A DNA stretch of 64,000 nucleotides from Dehalococcoidia bacterium (GCA_050011565.1 JBEKIW010000001.1:576001-640000); one strand, 5' to 3'. Shown: positions 29,350 to 38,170, counted from the first letter of the stretch. Notes: generated by a model from the letters alone, not told the origin. Translations and numbers: made by a program.

Positions 29350-32300
29350 TTACGGTGTAACGCTTCCGGTGGAAGACCAGCCACTCCACCCTCCAGTATT
29401 ACCAGCCTTTACTCGCCAGTAATAGGTTGTGCCGATGGTAAGTTTCACATCCTGCGAAGTAGTGCTTACCTCGGCATCAAACATGCTGGTCCCGGTGAAA
29501 TCAGACGCGGTATTCACCTGCAGGCGGTACTTCGTCGCCCCGCTGGAGGCATTCCACTCAAAAGTGACAGAGGTCTTCGGAGTTACAATAGCCGGAGGGG
29601 CCGGCGGTGCAGGTAATGTGATGGCAGCCCAGCCAGCGATAAAATAGGTATAACCTGTTTGGGTATTCCAGCCTGAGCCTGCCGGGTCCGGGAATGTCCA
29701 GGAGGAGTAGGTTGAAGGTTTCCAGCGGACGGTTGCGGATGGGTCGCTAGAGTAGTAAATGTTGGCGGAATCGCCCACCACCGCCAGCCAGTAATATGTG
29801 CCGGAATTGACGGATGTAGAAGTGATTGGTATAGAAGTCCAGGCTCCCGCCGAAACCGGTGTGGAGGTGTTAACGGCGTTGCGCAGGGCACCTGGGCTGC
29901 CTGCGCTATCGTCATAGATGGCGACCTTTACGTTGCCGCTGGCGCTGGCCTTAACCCTAAATTCGGTGATGGGACCTGTGGCGCTGGCGGGGAAACGCTG
30001 CAGTATGACGGCGCCACTGCCGCCGCCACCACCTCCGGTAGAGGCGGCATCGGCGGCTACGCCGATGAGCTGCCCTGCTCCTCCAGCCGCAGTGTTAAAG
30101 GTTGCGCTGCTATCTGGCCAGTCGCTTCCGCCTGAATTGGAGGCGAAGCACCGGTAATAATATGTAGTGCCACGATTCAAGTCGGTTATTCCTGTGGAGA
30201 AAGATGCGCTTTGTGTACCCAGGTTAACACTGTGGTCCCAGCTAACCGCGTTTGTTGCGCCGTCATTGTCGCCCCAGTAGACAATAACAGTTGGATTCTC
30301 ACCACCGGTATCGGTTATGGCTCCATTTAACCTGGCTGAGGTTGCGGTAATACTGCCGGCGCCGGTGGAGTTGGTAACCGTTGGTGCACCAAGAGCCGGG
30401 GTAGCCGGGGTCATGAAGCTATCACTGCTACCTACCCAGTTGCTTCCGCCTGAATTGGAGGCGAAGCACTGATAATAATATGTAGTTGAAGGAGTCAATC
30501 CAGTTATAGGTGTGGAGAAAGTTCCGGCGACTTGGGTACCCAGGTTGACGCTATGGTCCCAACTGGTGTAGGTTGTGTGGCCATCGCTGGCACCCCAGTA
30601 GACAATAACGGTTGGATTCTCACCGCCGGTAGCAGTTATGGCTCCATTTAACGTGGCTGAGACTGGGGTAAGATTGCTTTCGCCGGTGGAATTGGTAACC
30701 GTTGGTGCGCTGGGAATAACAGTAGACCAGCCGGCGATAAAGTAGGTATAACCTGTTTGGGCACTCCAGCCTGAGCCCGCCGGGTCGGGGTATGTCCAGG
30801 AGGAGTAGGTAGCGGATTTATAGCGGACGGTTGCGGATGGGTCGCTGGAGTAGTAAATGTTGGCGGAATCGCTGACCACCGCCAGCCAGTAATAGTTACC
30901 GGAGGTGACGGAGGTAGAGTTGATTGGTATAGAAGTCCAGGCTCCCGCCGAAACCGGTGTGGAGGTGTTAACGGCGTTGCGCAGGGCACCTGGGCTGCCT
31001 GCGCTATCGTCATAGATGGCGACCTTTACGTTGCCGCTGGCGCTGGCCTTAACCCTAAATTCGGTGATGGGACCTGTGGCGCTGGCGGGGAAACGCTGCA
31101 GTATGACGGCGCCACTGCCGCCGCCACCACCTCCGGTAGAGGCGGCATCGGCGGCTACGCCGATTAGCTTCTGACCCGCACCGGCTGGATTGCTTATGAT
31201 GAGGGAGAAGTCTTTGTTACCCGATTGCAGGCCGGATACTACACGGACATTGAAATTGAAGGTGCGGGCCTCTGTTGGTATGCCCGTGATTGTACCACTG
31301 GTAGAATCGAGATTAAGATCAGCTGGCCAGTCGCCAGTATGTGACCACGCATTGCCTCCAGAGCCGCCGGTAGCCTGAAGTGTCACCGGTCCGTAGGGCA
31401 TATTTTTAGTCCCACCGGGAAGAGGCGCGGTATTGGTAATAACAATAGTGCCACTGGAGACAATAAGCGTGAAATTCTGGTAAGTCGCCTGGGTGCCGTC
31501 GTTGGCCTGAAGGGCAAAATTGAACCCGCTCATATTGACCACTGTCGGCGTTCCGGTTAAATTGCTGCCAACAATATGGAGTCCGCCAGGCAATGACCCC
31601 GAATACAGCGACCAGGTATATGAGCCGGTGCCGCCGCTGGCGGATAGAGGTCCAGGATAATAGACGCCGGTAGTGCCGTCGGGCAAGGTTGTAGTAGTAA
31701 TCCCAATTTGGCCCCCCACCGGCGGAGTCCCGGTATATGCTGAAACCAGCCAGGGCTGGAAATTAATGAAGGTCGAAGTCGAAACACTATCGCCAAAGCT
31801 CAGGCCATCATAACTTGGTCCCGAGGCATGCCCCCAGTAGTTGAACTTGGCATTAAGTGTGCCCGTACCAGTATTGGAGACACCATAGCTGGTATTCCCT
31901 GCAATGTTATTATTGCTCACTGTCAGAGTAGTAGCATCAACTCCGGTTGCAACATCAATACCAATACTGTTACTGGAAACATTGTTACCTGTCAATGTAG
32001 TATTGTTGCTATTAGTTTTTAGCTTAATTCCATCGACGACGTTCGAGTTAGCTGTATTTCCGATCAATGTGTTGCCTGTTGAATTATCTATGCGGAAACC
32101 GTGCTGACCGTTCGAGTTTGCGGTGTTATTGGTGAATGTATTGTCGTTGCTCCCGGCGCCAGTCCCCTTAACCAGGAAGAATCCTACGGCATTGCTGCTG
32201 GTGTAACTGTTCGAGTTCGCTATGTTACCCGTGAATGTATTGTTACTAGCCGAGTCCAGTCTGAATCCGTTGCCGTTGGGGCCGTTCGCGTTTGCTGTGT

Positions 32301-33933
32301 TGTTGATGAATGTATTGTAGGTAGAGTGGTATACCTCAAAGCCCTGTTGGTTGCCAGAAGCATTATTGCCCGTTAATGTGTTGTGGTTGCTACCATCACC
32401 CAACCAGATGCCATCGTAGTTACCCGTCAGAATATTATTGGAGATGTTGGAGTTCGCCACTCCAGCGCCAAGGTATATCCCTGCTTGTCCTCCTCCGGTT
32501 GCGCCACGCACTGTGAATCCCGAGATGTTCACGTAATTAGCAGTGACATTAAAGACGCTAGCGGCTGGATCCGGTGCGGTCACAATCACAGTAGTGCTGC
32601 TGGCGCCTGTCAGGGTGAGCGGTATATTCACAGATAAATTCTCGTTGTATGTCCCTGCCGGCACGGTGATGGTGTCGCCGGAGACGGCGACAGCGATGGC
32701 AGCCGTGATAGTTGCATATCCAGTTGTGGTTACACCGTGAATAAGCTTCACGGCGGTAATTTCGTAGGGGCTTGAAGTTATATGTGTTGGCTCAACACTT
32801 GTCCAGACGGTCACATTGTAGAAGCCGAAGGTAGTTGGGTTCAGGATGCCAGAGGCTTTGTTGAAGGTAACCGTGAATTGCTGACCGGGGACAATAGGCG
32901 CCGTTGCCGGTATAGTTACCGTTACCTGCTGTCCAGCTACAGTTACAGTAACACACGGGGTACCTTTCACAAAAACATTCCCCGGGGTACTACTAAAATC
33001 AGGGACGGTTGTGTTAGAGGGGAATACTATGGTGATAGTGTCACCCGCATTCAGGCTGGCGCCGGTGGTCATGGTAATGCGGTAGCCGGTGTTGAGGCCG
33101 ATGAAACGGGTATCGTATGGGTTCACGGTTATACTGTTGGGCGGCGTTGGAGGTATGGTGGTCGACATAGACGGTAGGGTGACGATGTTGCTGTCTAACG
33201 TGACTGCGCCAACTCGCGCCAGCGCTCTACCGTTCAGCGTTGCGCCGGTCGTCATCGTGATGGATTGATCTGCCAGTATGTTCCCTTGAAAGACAGACGT
33301 CGTTCCGAGGGTCGCCGAGGTGCCAACTTGCCAAAAGATGTTGGCCGCATTAGCGCCGCCGCTCAGGATAACCTTGCGACCGGATGTCGTTGTAAGTGTG
33401 GACGCTATCTGGAAGATCCAAACAGCATCCGCGTTGCCCTGGGCGTCTAGAGTGAGATCCCCTGACGATATCGCCAGCGAGGACGTGGATTTGTAGAGAC
33501 CCGGAGCAAGGGTTTGCCCGCCAATATTTCCTGCCACAGTGACAGGTGCAAGTGTTCGTCCAGCGGCGTCGTTGTATGCAGTGGTCAAGTCCAGTTTGGC
33601 CTGGCCTGCGGCAGAACCAACGCCTGTGTATGTCTCCCCGTTCACGCTTCCGGGCGGGAATCCAGGAACTGCAGTACCGGGGCTCACCCCAAGATCCCCA
33701 TTAACCGTGGTAGCACCTGTATTGGTGACCGTGGACCCAGCCAGGACCGCGAACGCAGCCGCTGAACCCAGCGGTACGATTAGTTGGGCCGTCTGATGCA
33801 GCGGTGTTGGTTGGGCCGACTGTTGCAATATGCTTGCCTGCACCGTTCTCGCCGGCACCACTGCCACCAGCGATGACATCAGTAACAGAACCATGAACAG
33901 CGAGAATGGTTTCCATAGTTTTAATTTAGACAT
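29350..33933 (-). CDS. Large secreted surface protein: DUF3494 ice-binding-like domain, parallel beta-helix (NosD-like), putative Ig repeats, repeated beta-sandwich/FN3-like stalk
   Basis: GGAGGT RBS before ATG 33933; signal peptide; FAVLAGSTVTNTG..TLAPGLY..IFWQVGTSATLG; Asn-rich coils; LPDGT...ASGG.GSYTWS. Confidence 0.88.
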   Translation of the reverse strand: MSKLKLWKPFSLFMVLLLMSSLVAVVPARTVQASILQQSAQPTPLHQTAQLIVPLGSAAAFAVLAGSTVTNTGATTVNGDLGVSPGTAVPGFPPGSVNGETYTGVGSAAGQAKLDLTTAYNDAAGRTLAPVTVAGNIGGQTLAPGLYKSTSSLAISSGDLTLDAQGNADAVWIFQIASTLTTTSGRKVILSGGANAANIFWQVGTSATLGTTSVFQGNILADQSITMTTGATLNGRALARVGAVTLDSNIVTLPSMSTTIPPTPPNSITVNPYDTRFIGLNTGYRITMTTGASLNAGDTITIVFPSNTTVPDFSSTPGNVFVKGTPCVTVTVAGQQVTVTIPATAPIVPGQQFTVTFNKASGILNPTTFGFYNVTVWTSVEPTHITSSPYEITAVKLIHGVTTTGYATITAAIAVAVSGDTITVPAGTYNENLSVNIPLTLTGASSTTVIVTAPDPAASVFNVTANYVNISGFTVRGATGGGQAGIYLGAGVANSNISNNILTGNYDGIWLGDGSNHNTLTGNNASGNQQGFEVYHSTYNTFINNTANANGPNGNGFRLDSASNNTFTGNIANSNSYTSSNAVGFFLVKGTGAGSNDNTFTNNTANSNGQHGFRIDNSTGNTLIGNTANSNVVDGIKLKTNSNNTTLTGNNVSSNSIGIDVATGVDATTLTVSNNNIAGNTSYGVSNTGTGTLNAKFNYWGHASGPSYDGLSFGDSVSTSTFINFQPWLVSAYTGTPPVGGQIGITTTTLPDGTTGVYYPGPLSASGGTGSYTWSLYSGSLPGGLHIVGSNLTGTPTVVNMSGFNFALQANDGTQATYQNFTLIVSSGTIVITNTAPLPGGTKNMPYGPVTLQATGGSGGNAWSHTGDWPADLNLDSTSGTITGIPTEARTFNFNVRVVSGLQSGNKDFSLIISNPAGAGQKLIGVAADAASTGGGGGGSGAVILQRFPASATGPITEFRVKASASGNVKVAIYDDSAGSPGALRNAVNTSTPVSAGAWTSIPINSTSVTSGNYYWLAVVSDSANIYYSSDPSATVRYKSATYSSWTYPDPAGSGWSAQTGYTYFIAGWSTVIPSAPTVTNSTGESNLTPVSATLNGAITATGGENPTVIVYWGASDGHTTYTSWDHSVNLGTQVAGTFSTPITGLTPSTTYYYQCFASNSGGSNWVGSSDSFMTPATPALGAPTVTNSTGAGSITATSARLNGAITDTGGENPTVIVYWGDNDGATNAVSWDHSVNLGTQSASFSTGITDLNRGTTYYYRCFASNSGGSDWPDSSATFNTAAGGAGQLIGVAADAASTGGGGGGSGAVILQRFPASATGPITEFRVKASASGNVKVAIYDDSAGSPGALRNAVNTSTPVSAGAWTSIPITSTSVNSGTYYWLAVVGDSANIYYSSDPSATVRWKPSTYSSWTFPDPAGSGWNTQTGYTYFIAGWAAITLPAPPAPPAIVTPKTSVTFEWNASSGATKYRLQVNTASDFTGTSMFDAEVSTTSQDVKLTIGTTYYWRVKAGNTGGWSGWSSTGSVTP
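29629..31170 (-). repeat. Two further copies of the same domain (about 29629-30072 and 30728-31170) flanking two FN3-like repeats
   Basis: 29823-30066 and 30921-31164 read as identical over 244 bp. Confidence 0.92.
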
Positions 33934-33962
33934 TTGACACCTCCGTTTATTTTTTGCTTCAT

Positions 33963-34013
33963 AAATAGAAAAAGGCAGTGGCAGCACCCAAAAACTGGTA
34001 CTATCACCGCCTT
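33963..34013 (-). terminator. Intrinsic terminator-like hairpin in the leader of the adhesin gene
   Basis: Minus strand AAGGCGGUGAUAGUACC-loop-GGUGCUGCCACUGCCUU (16 of 17 pairs including GU) followed by UUUCUAUUUAU, 30 nt before the ATG. Confidence 0.7.
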
Positions 34014-34102
34014 CTCATTTCTTGCAACCTGAGCCTCCTTATCGAGTAAAATAGCAGGACTAGCGCAAGCGCCAGCACCACGGCAAATGGAATGCCAAAC
34101 AT
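34004..34102 (-). CDS. 32-aa hydrophobic, Arg-tailed leader peptide (MFGIPFAVVLALALVLLFYSIRRLRLQEMRRR)
   Basis: Translated by hand; one TM-like stretch plus a basic tail; the stop codon lies in the 5' arm of the hairpin; no strong RBS. Confidence 0.4.
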   Translation of the reverse strand: MFGIPFAVVLALALVLLFYSIRRLRLQEMRRR

Positions 34103-34319
34103 CTTCTGCTATTTGATTTCGACAAAAACCACCTCTACCGTCTCCTCTTTCAACCACAAACCAACCTCATTGGGTCGGTTTCACTATTGGCTCAGCATTA
34201 GAACAAGACCATATTATGCCTACTACTTCTTTGCCCCCCCCAAATATCGGACAATTGATCTCACTACCTAGCTAAATTTATATGCAATTATCTATCTGAA
34301 TTCAATATACGATGTTTAT

Positions 34320-34347
34320 ATAATACAGCACAAATGACAGTTGTCAA
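34320..34347 (-). promoter_or_regulatory. Sigma70-type promoter toward the adhesin/rml genes
   Basis: TTGACA-16 nt-TATTAT on the minus strand; overlapped by the near-palindrome tgacagttgtca. Confidence 0.55.
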
Positions 34348-34613
34348 GACCTCTTGATAAGCTTTATTTAGACTTTTTTGGTAAAATTAAAGTGTATTCT
34401 GAAAGCAGATGCTTTAGGTAGTGCGTTTATCAGGCAATGTCAGTTAAACCAAATTCAAAGGGTAGGTAACAAGTTTATGCCAGAAGTTCCCACGGTTTCC
34501 AGCTATGACTAATAGCCAATCTAGCTAAGCCATATACTACAGGAAAGTCCAAACTTTTGTTCATGTCGGCAACCGATATTCTATCAAAACGGCAAATATT
34601 TTGGAATAGGGGA

Positions 34614-34642
34614 TTGACAGATTAATACGTTCGTGATATATT
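34614..34642 (+). promoter_or_regulatory. Sigma70-type promoter with extended -10 for the RHH gene
   Basis: TTGACA-17 nt-TATATT with TG at 34634-34635. Confidence 0.7.
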
Positions 34643-34678
34643 AAGAATAAATAATATCACTTAAGTGAGGTATATCAA

Positions 34679-34873
34679 TTGGGTGAATTGAGAATAACTG
34701 TATCTGACAAACTCCACAGAAAATTAAAGTACAAAGCGCTCGATGAGGAGATGACTCTCAGAGAGTTGGTTTCCGCTATTCTCGAGAGCTATTTTGGCTC
34801 GGAACCCACCACCAGAATGGTAAGAAGAGAAGGAGCGGGAAAAGCTACAAGCTCTGATCAGGCACAAATTTGA
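34679..34873 (+). CDS. Small ribbon-helix-helix (CopG/ParG-like) DNA-binding protein
   Basis: LRITVSDKLHRKLKYKA...MTLRELV..ILE pattern; GAGGT RBS and a strong promoter. Confidence 0.7.
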   Translation: MGELRITVSDKLHRKLKYKALDEEMTLRELVSAILESYFGSEPTTRMVRREGAGKATSSDQAQI

Positions 34874-34892
34874 GGGTTGGCCTACTGTCGAA

Positions 34893-37208
34893 TCATTTTG
34901 TGTACTCGAAAATTTTTACTTCAGGAACCGTACCTATTGCAGGGTCCGCGACCAAGCTTTTTGAGGTATAGATTAATCTATAATGTTCCACGGCTGGTAA
35001 CGGCACCGGGCTAACATACTGGTTATTGCTGACTATCCTGTAGTTGCCTGATTTCTGACTGGTAACATAGTTTTGGGCTTCTGCATAGCTATCGAAGGAT
35101 TGCACACTGGTAATCTGTCTGTAGTATTGACCATCGGGGGTGACTTTCTCCTGGTAAGAAATCACTATAGAACTTTTAGGAATGACATTTCTGCCATCAA
35201 AATTGTAGAGGCGGACGACAAGCGAGCGGTAATATTCAGGATAAAATAGTATTATCGGCTCAAGTGTGTTGTTTGTGAGTTGATAATAAATACCAAAGAA
35301 TTTGTCCGGGTTACTGCCGCTAAGGGTTGCTAAGGCGTGGAACTTACCACCCATTATTGTGCTTATATCATGGTCGACGATAACATACTTCGAGCCCCAC
35401 TGGTCTAATATTTTGTTAGCCGAGGCTTCATCTTGAGCAATAAAAATGAATTGCTCCCCCGCGGCTCCGGTGCCTGGGTTAGAAGTGGGTATGCGATGGC
35501 CAATTCTAGTTATCCAATAGCCGTAGTCCCACCAGGCGGTTACGCCGTAAGCGGTTTCAGGATTAGTGTAGCTTTCTCCGGATGGTGGTTCTTTGTATAG
35601 CTCATAATAATAATCGGGGTTGCCGAATGGCTCAGGTGTATTGTCTTTTAGCCAAGAGAGAGATTCGCACCATGCATTCGAGGGAGCAAACGGTGCCGCG
35701 CTGGCAGTATCTACAGCTTTGCCGATATTAGGGAAAAATACAAGGAAGAAGACAGCTATAACTCCCAATGCCATGAGTACTTGCCTGCCGGCGCGAGACC
35801 CCTCTCGTCTTTTGGGCTTGGGTCTCCGTTTAGTCTCTACGGGCATGCCATCAGGTGCGACTGACGGTTCTTTAAAACCGGTTAATTGCAGAATTAGCCA
35901 GGAAAGGTAGCCGGCCAATAAAGCTACATTGACAACAAAGTAATAGGCGAAACGCCGCATAGATAAAGTAGCTGCCAGCATAATCAGGCTCCAGACAACG
36001 AACATCGTTTTTTCCGTTTCACCACGTTTGATGACAAGGTATACGAGTATGCCTAAGGATATAAAGGTGAGGAAAAAGCTGGTAGTGAAATTACCCCAGG
36101 CGATTGTCCATGAGAAACTGCCATAAGGAAGGAGCAGAGGCTGCATCTCAAGGACAGTGGTACCAATAGGCCAGTTAAAAATGCCGAGACGTCCTACTAT
36201 CGCATAGTAAAGAGATGGGGTAACGATACGAAAAACCACAAGGCTCACTAGCCCTAATCCGATGATAGCTGCCGGATATATTATTGGCTTTACGTTGCGT
36301 TTAGCCATGAAGTGGGAAAGCACAGCCATAGCTATAGGGATAATAATAGCGATTGCTAAAGAAGCTAAAGCCATCCTGTCCCGAGAAACAAGTAAAAACA
36401 TCAATAGGGCAACGATAAAAGTAATGGTGCTGACGAAACAGAGGTATTCAGTAGGCCTGCGCCTCAAATGGTCAAAAATAAACTGGACAATTAAATAGAC
36501 AAAGATAATGAAAACGAACATCAGCGCTCCGCCCCAGGTGAGGAAGTATATTCCCAGGAAAATGCCGGCTATAAGGCTATAGATAAGTGGCTTGGTCACG
36601 GTTGACCACTGCCTGTGCCACAAGCTATCAAATGTTAATTGCTTTTCTGTGCCAATCTTCACCGCCAGAATCAGGAACAGCATGGTCACCGTAGTAAATA
36701 GTACTTCGGCAACGTGATAGTCGGTGAAACCAAGTATTGACCTGCCGAGAAACTCGCTGGGGAAGATAGCAACCAGACCGGCAGCTATTACACCAGCCCA
36801 ACGATTGAACAACGTTTTTCCGATAAAGTACACCGGAATGGTGGTCAGGGCGCCAAGGATTGCAGGGAAATAAACACCTACCATATCTACCACATGTTGA
36901 CTTGGAGAACCAAAACCGAATAGCCAGGCCACTCCGGAAATAAGGTAGGGCCAAAATGTTTGAGCGCTAAGCGCCGATCCGCTATGATAAAGTAGGTAAG
37001 GGTCAAAAGTTATTAGGTGAGGAAAATTATGGACCAGGTTATCGACGATCCGCATGAAAAAATAAGCATCATTGCCAGTAAACTTGATCCAGTCGCCGAC
37101 AAATACTTTGTCGTAGGGCAACACAACTCGAAGATACAAGGCGGCGCCAAAACATACCGCTACTAATATGCCGGAAACAAGTTTCGAGTTAAACTCAGTG
37201 CGGTTCAT
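34893..37208 (-). CDS. aglB: STT3/AglB-type oligosaccharyltransferase (archaeal-like)
   Basis: GNDAYFFMR, DYHVAE (DxH), TVLEMQP (TIXE-like), RRFAYY, AWWDYGYWI, SNP, GKF; many N-terminal TM segments and a soluble C-terminal domain. Confidence 0.92.
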   Translation of the reverse strand: MNRTEFNSKLVSGILVAVCFGAALYLRVVLPYDKVFVGDWIKFTGNDAYFFMRIVDNLVHNFPHLITFDPYLLYHSGSALSAQTFWPYLISGVAWLFGFGSPSQHVVDMVGVYFPAILGALTTIPVYFIGKTLFNRWAGVIAAGLVAIFPSEFLGRSILGFTDYHVAEVLFTTVTMLFLILAVKIGTEKQLTFDSLWHRQWSTVTKPLIYSLIAGIFLGIYFLTWGGALMFVFIIFVYLIVQFIFDHLRRRPTEYLCFVSTITFIVALLMFLLVSRDRMALASLAIAIIIPIAMAVLSHFMAKRNVKPIIYPAAIIGLGLVSLVVFRIVTPSLYYAIVGRLGIFNWPIGTTVLEMQPLLLPYGSFSWTIAWGNFTTSFFLTFISLGILVYLVIKRGETEKTMFVVWSLIMLAATLSMRRFAYYFVVNVALLAGYLSWLILQLTGFKEPSVAPDGMPVETKRRPKPKRREGSRAGRQVLMALGVIAVFFLVFFPNIGKAVDTASAAPFAPSNAWCESLSWLKDNTPEPFGNPDYYYELYKEPPSGESYTNPETAYGVTAWWDYGYWITRIGHRIPTSNPGTGAAGEQFIFIAQDEASANKILDQWGSKYVIVDHDISTIMGGKFHALATLSGSNPDKFFGIYYQLTNNTLEPIILFYPEYYRSLVVRLYNFDGRNVIPKSSIVISYQEKVTPDGQYYRQITSVQSFDSYAEAQNYVTSQKSGNYRIVSNNQYVSPVPLPAVEHYRLIYTSKSLVADPAIGTVPEVKIFEYTK

Positions 37209-37384
37209 CTGATTCCCCCAAGCATAAAGTTAAAATTTATCGGAAGTATCTTAAAGAATTATATCTAAAATCGGCTTCGTTCAAAGATGATAACAGACCT
37301 CACAAAGCTGTGCAAGTTGAATGCATTTGGTTTGTCCTCCGATGTCTGATGTGATAAACTCAAATAGTTTTTCAGGAGACTGCT

Positions 37385-38170
37385 TTGAAGATACTCGTTA
37401 GCAATGATGACGGAGTATATAGTGAAGGGCTGTGGACACTGGTAAGGGAGCTAACAAAAATAGCCGAGGTATCTGTGGTTGCTCCCGATAGAGACCAGAG
37501 CGGCTCCGGCACATCGATAACGCTTAGTCATCCCTTGAGAATGATTAATATCAAGCCACCGGTAGATGGTGTGGCCGCATATTCCGTGGAGGGAACCCCA
37601 GCAGATAGCGTTATTCTAGCCCTCAGACTAATTTTGAAAGAAGGCGTAGACTTAGTGGTTTCAGGCATCAACGAAGGCCCAAATCTGGGAGATGATGTTT
37701 ACGTTTCAGGAACGGTTGGTGCTGCTTTGCAGGGGTTTTTTTACGGTATTCCGGCTCTGGCTTTTTCAATAGCTGCTTTTGGGGATATTCATTTCGACGT
37801 GGCTGCCGTACTGGCCAGGATAATGGTCAGCGAGCTGGCCGAGAAAGGCTTTCCCGAGAGAATGTTATTGAATGTTAACCTGCCTAACCTGCCGCAAGAC
37901 AAACTTGAGGGGATTGAGATGACCCGCCTGGGCCAACGTAAATATGTAGACCGGATAGAACCGGGACATGACGGTAAAAGGCAATACCATTGGATTATGC
38001 GCGGTAAGCCTGAGTGGAAATCGGCCTCTGGAACTGATATAGGGGCACTGGAAAAGAATAAGATTTCGATTACTCCATTATTTGGAAATATGGACGGCTC
38101 GAGCCGTGAGTTGCTGAAGAAACTTGTCCCGCATCTTTTTCATAAATTGCTGGAGAACAGCGCTTCTTGA
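37385..38170 (+). CDS. surE: 5'/3'-nucleotidase SurE
   Basis: ILVSNDDG, VAPDRDQSG, GTPADSV, SGINEGPN, SGTVGAA. Confidence 0.95.
   Translation: MKILVSNDDGVYSEGLWTLVRELTKIAEVSVVAPDRDQSGSGTSITLSHPLRMINIKPPVDGVAAYSVEGTPADSVILALRLILKEGVDLVVSGINEGPNLGDDVYVSGTVGAALQGFFYGIPALAFSIAAFGDIHFDVAAVLARIMVSELAEKGFPERMLLNVNLPNLPQDKLEGIEMTRLGQRKYVDRIEPGHDGKRQYHWIMRGKPEWKSASGTDIGALEKNKISITPLFGNMDGSSRELLKKLVPHLFHKLLENSAS

Noticed and set aside
23761-31170. Near-identical repeats as a diversity-generating retroelement TR/VR pair
   Set aside because: No reverse transcriptase in the window, all copies are in-frame coding domains, and differences are not adenine-restricted
34234-34241. C8 tract in the adhesin leader (and a C7 tract at 16649-16655) as phase-variation sites
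   Set aside because: The tracts are short, the reading frame at the second is intact, and there is no read-level evidence
34262-34423. 9-bp inverted repeat (cactaccta/taggtagtg) flanking the adhesin promoter as an invertible switch
   Set aside because: About one such match is expected by chance in a region this size, and no invertase is nearby
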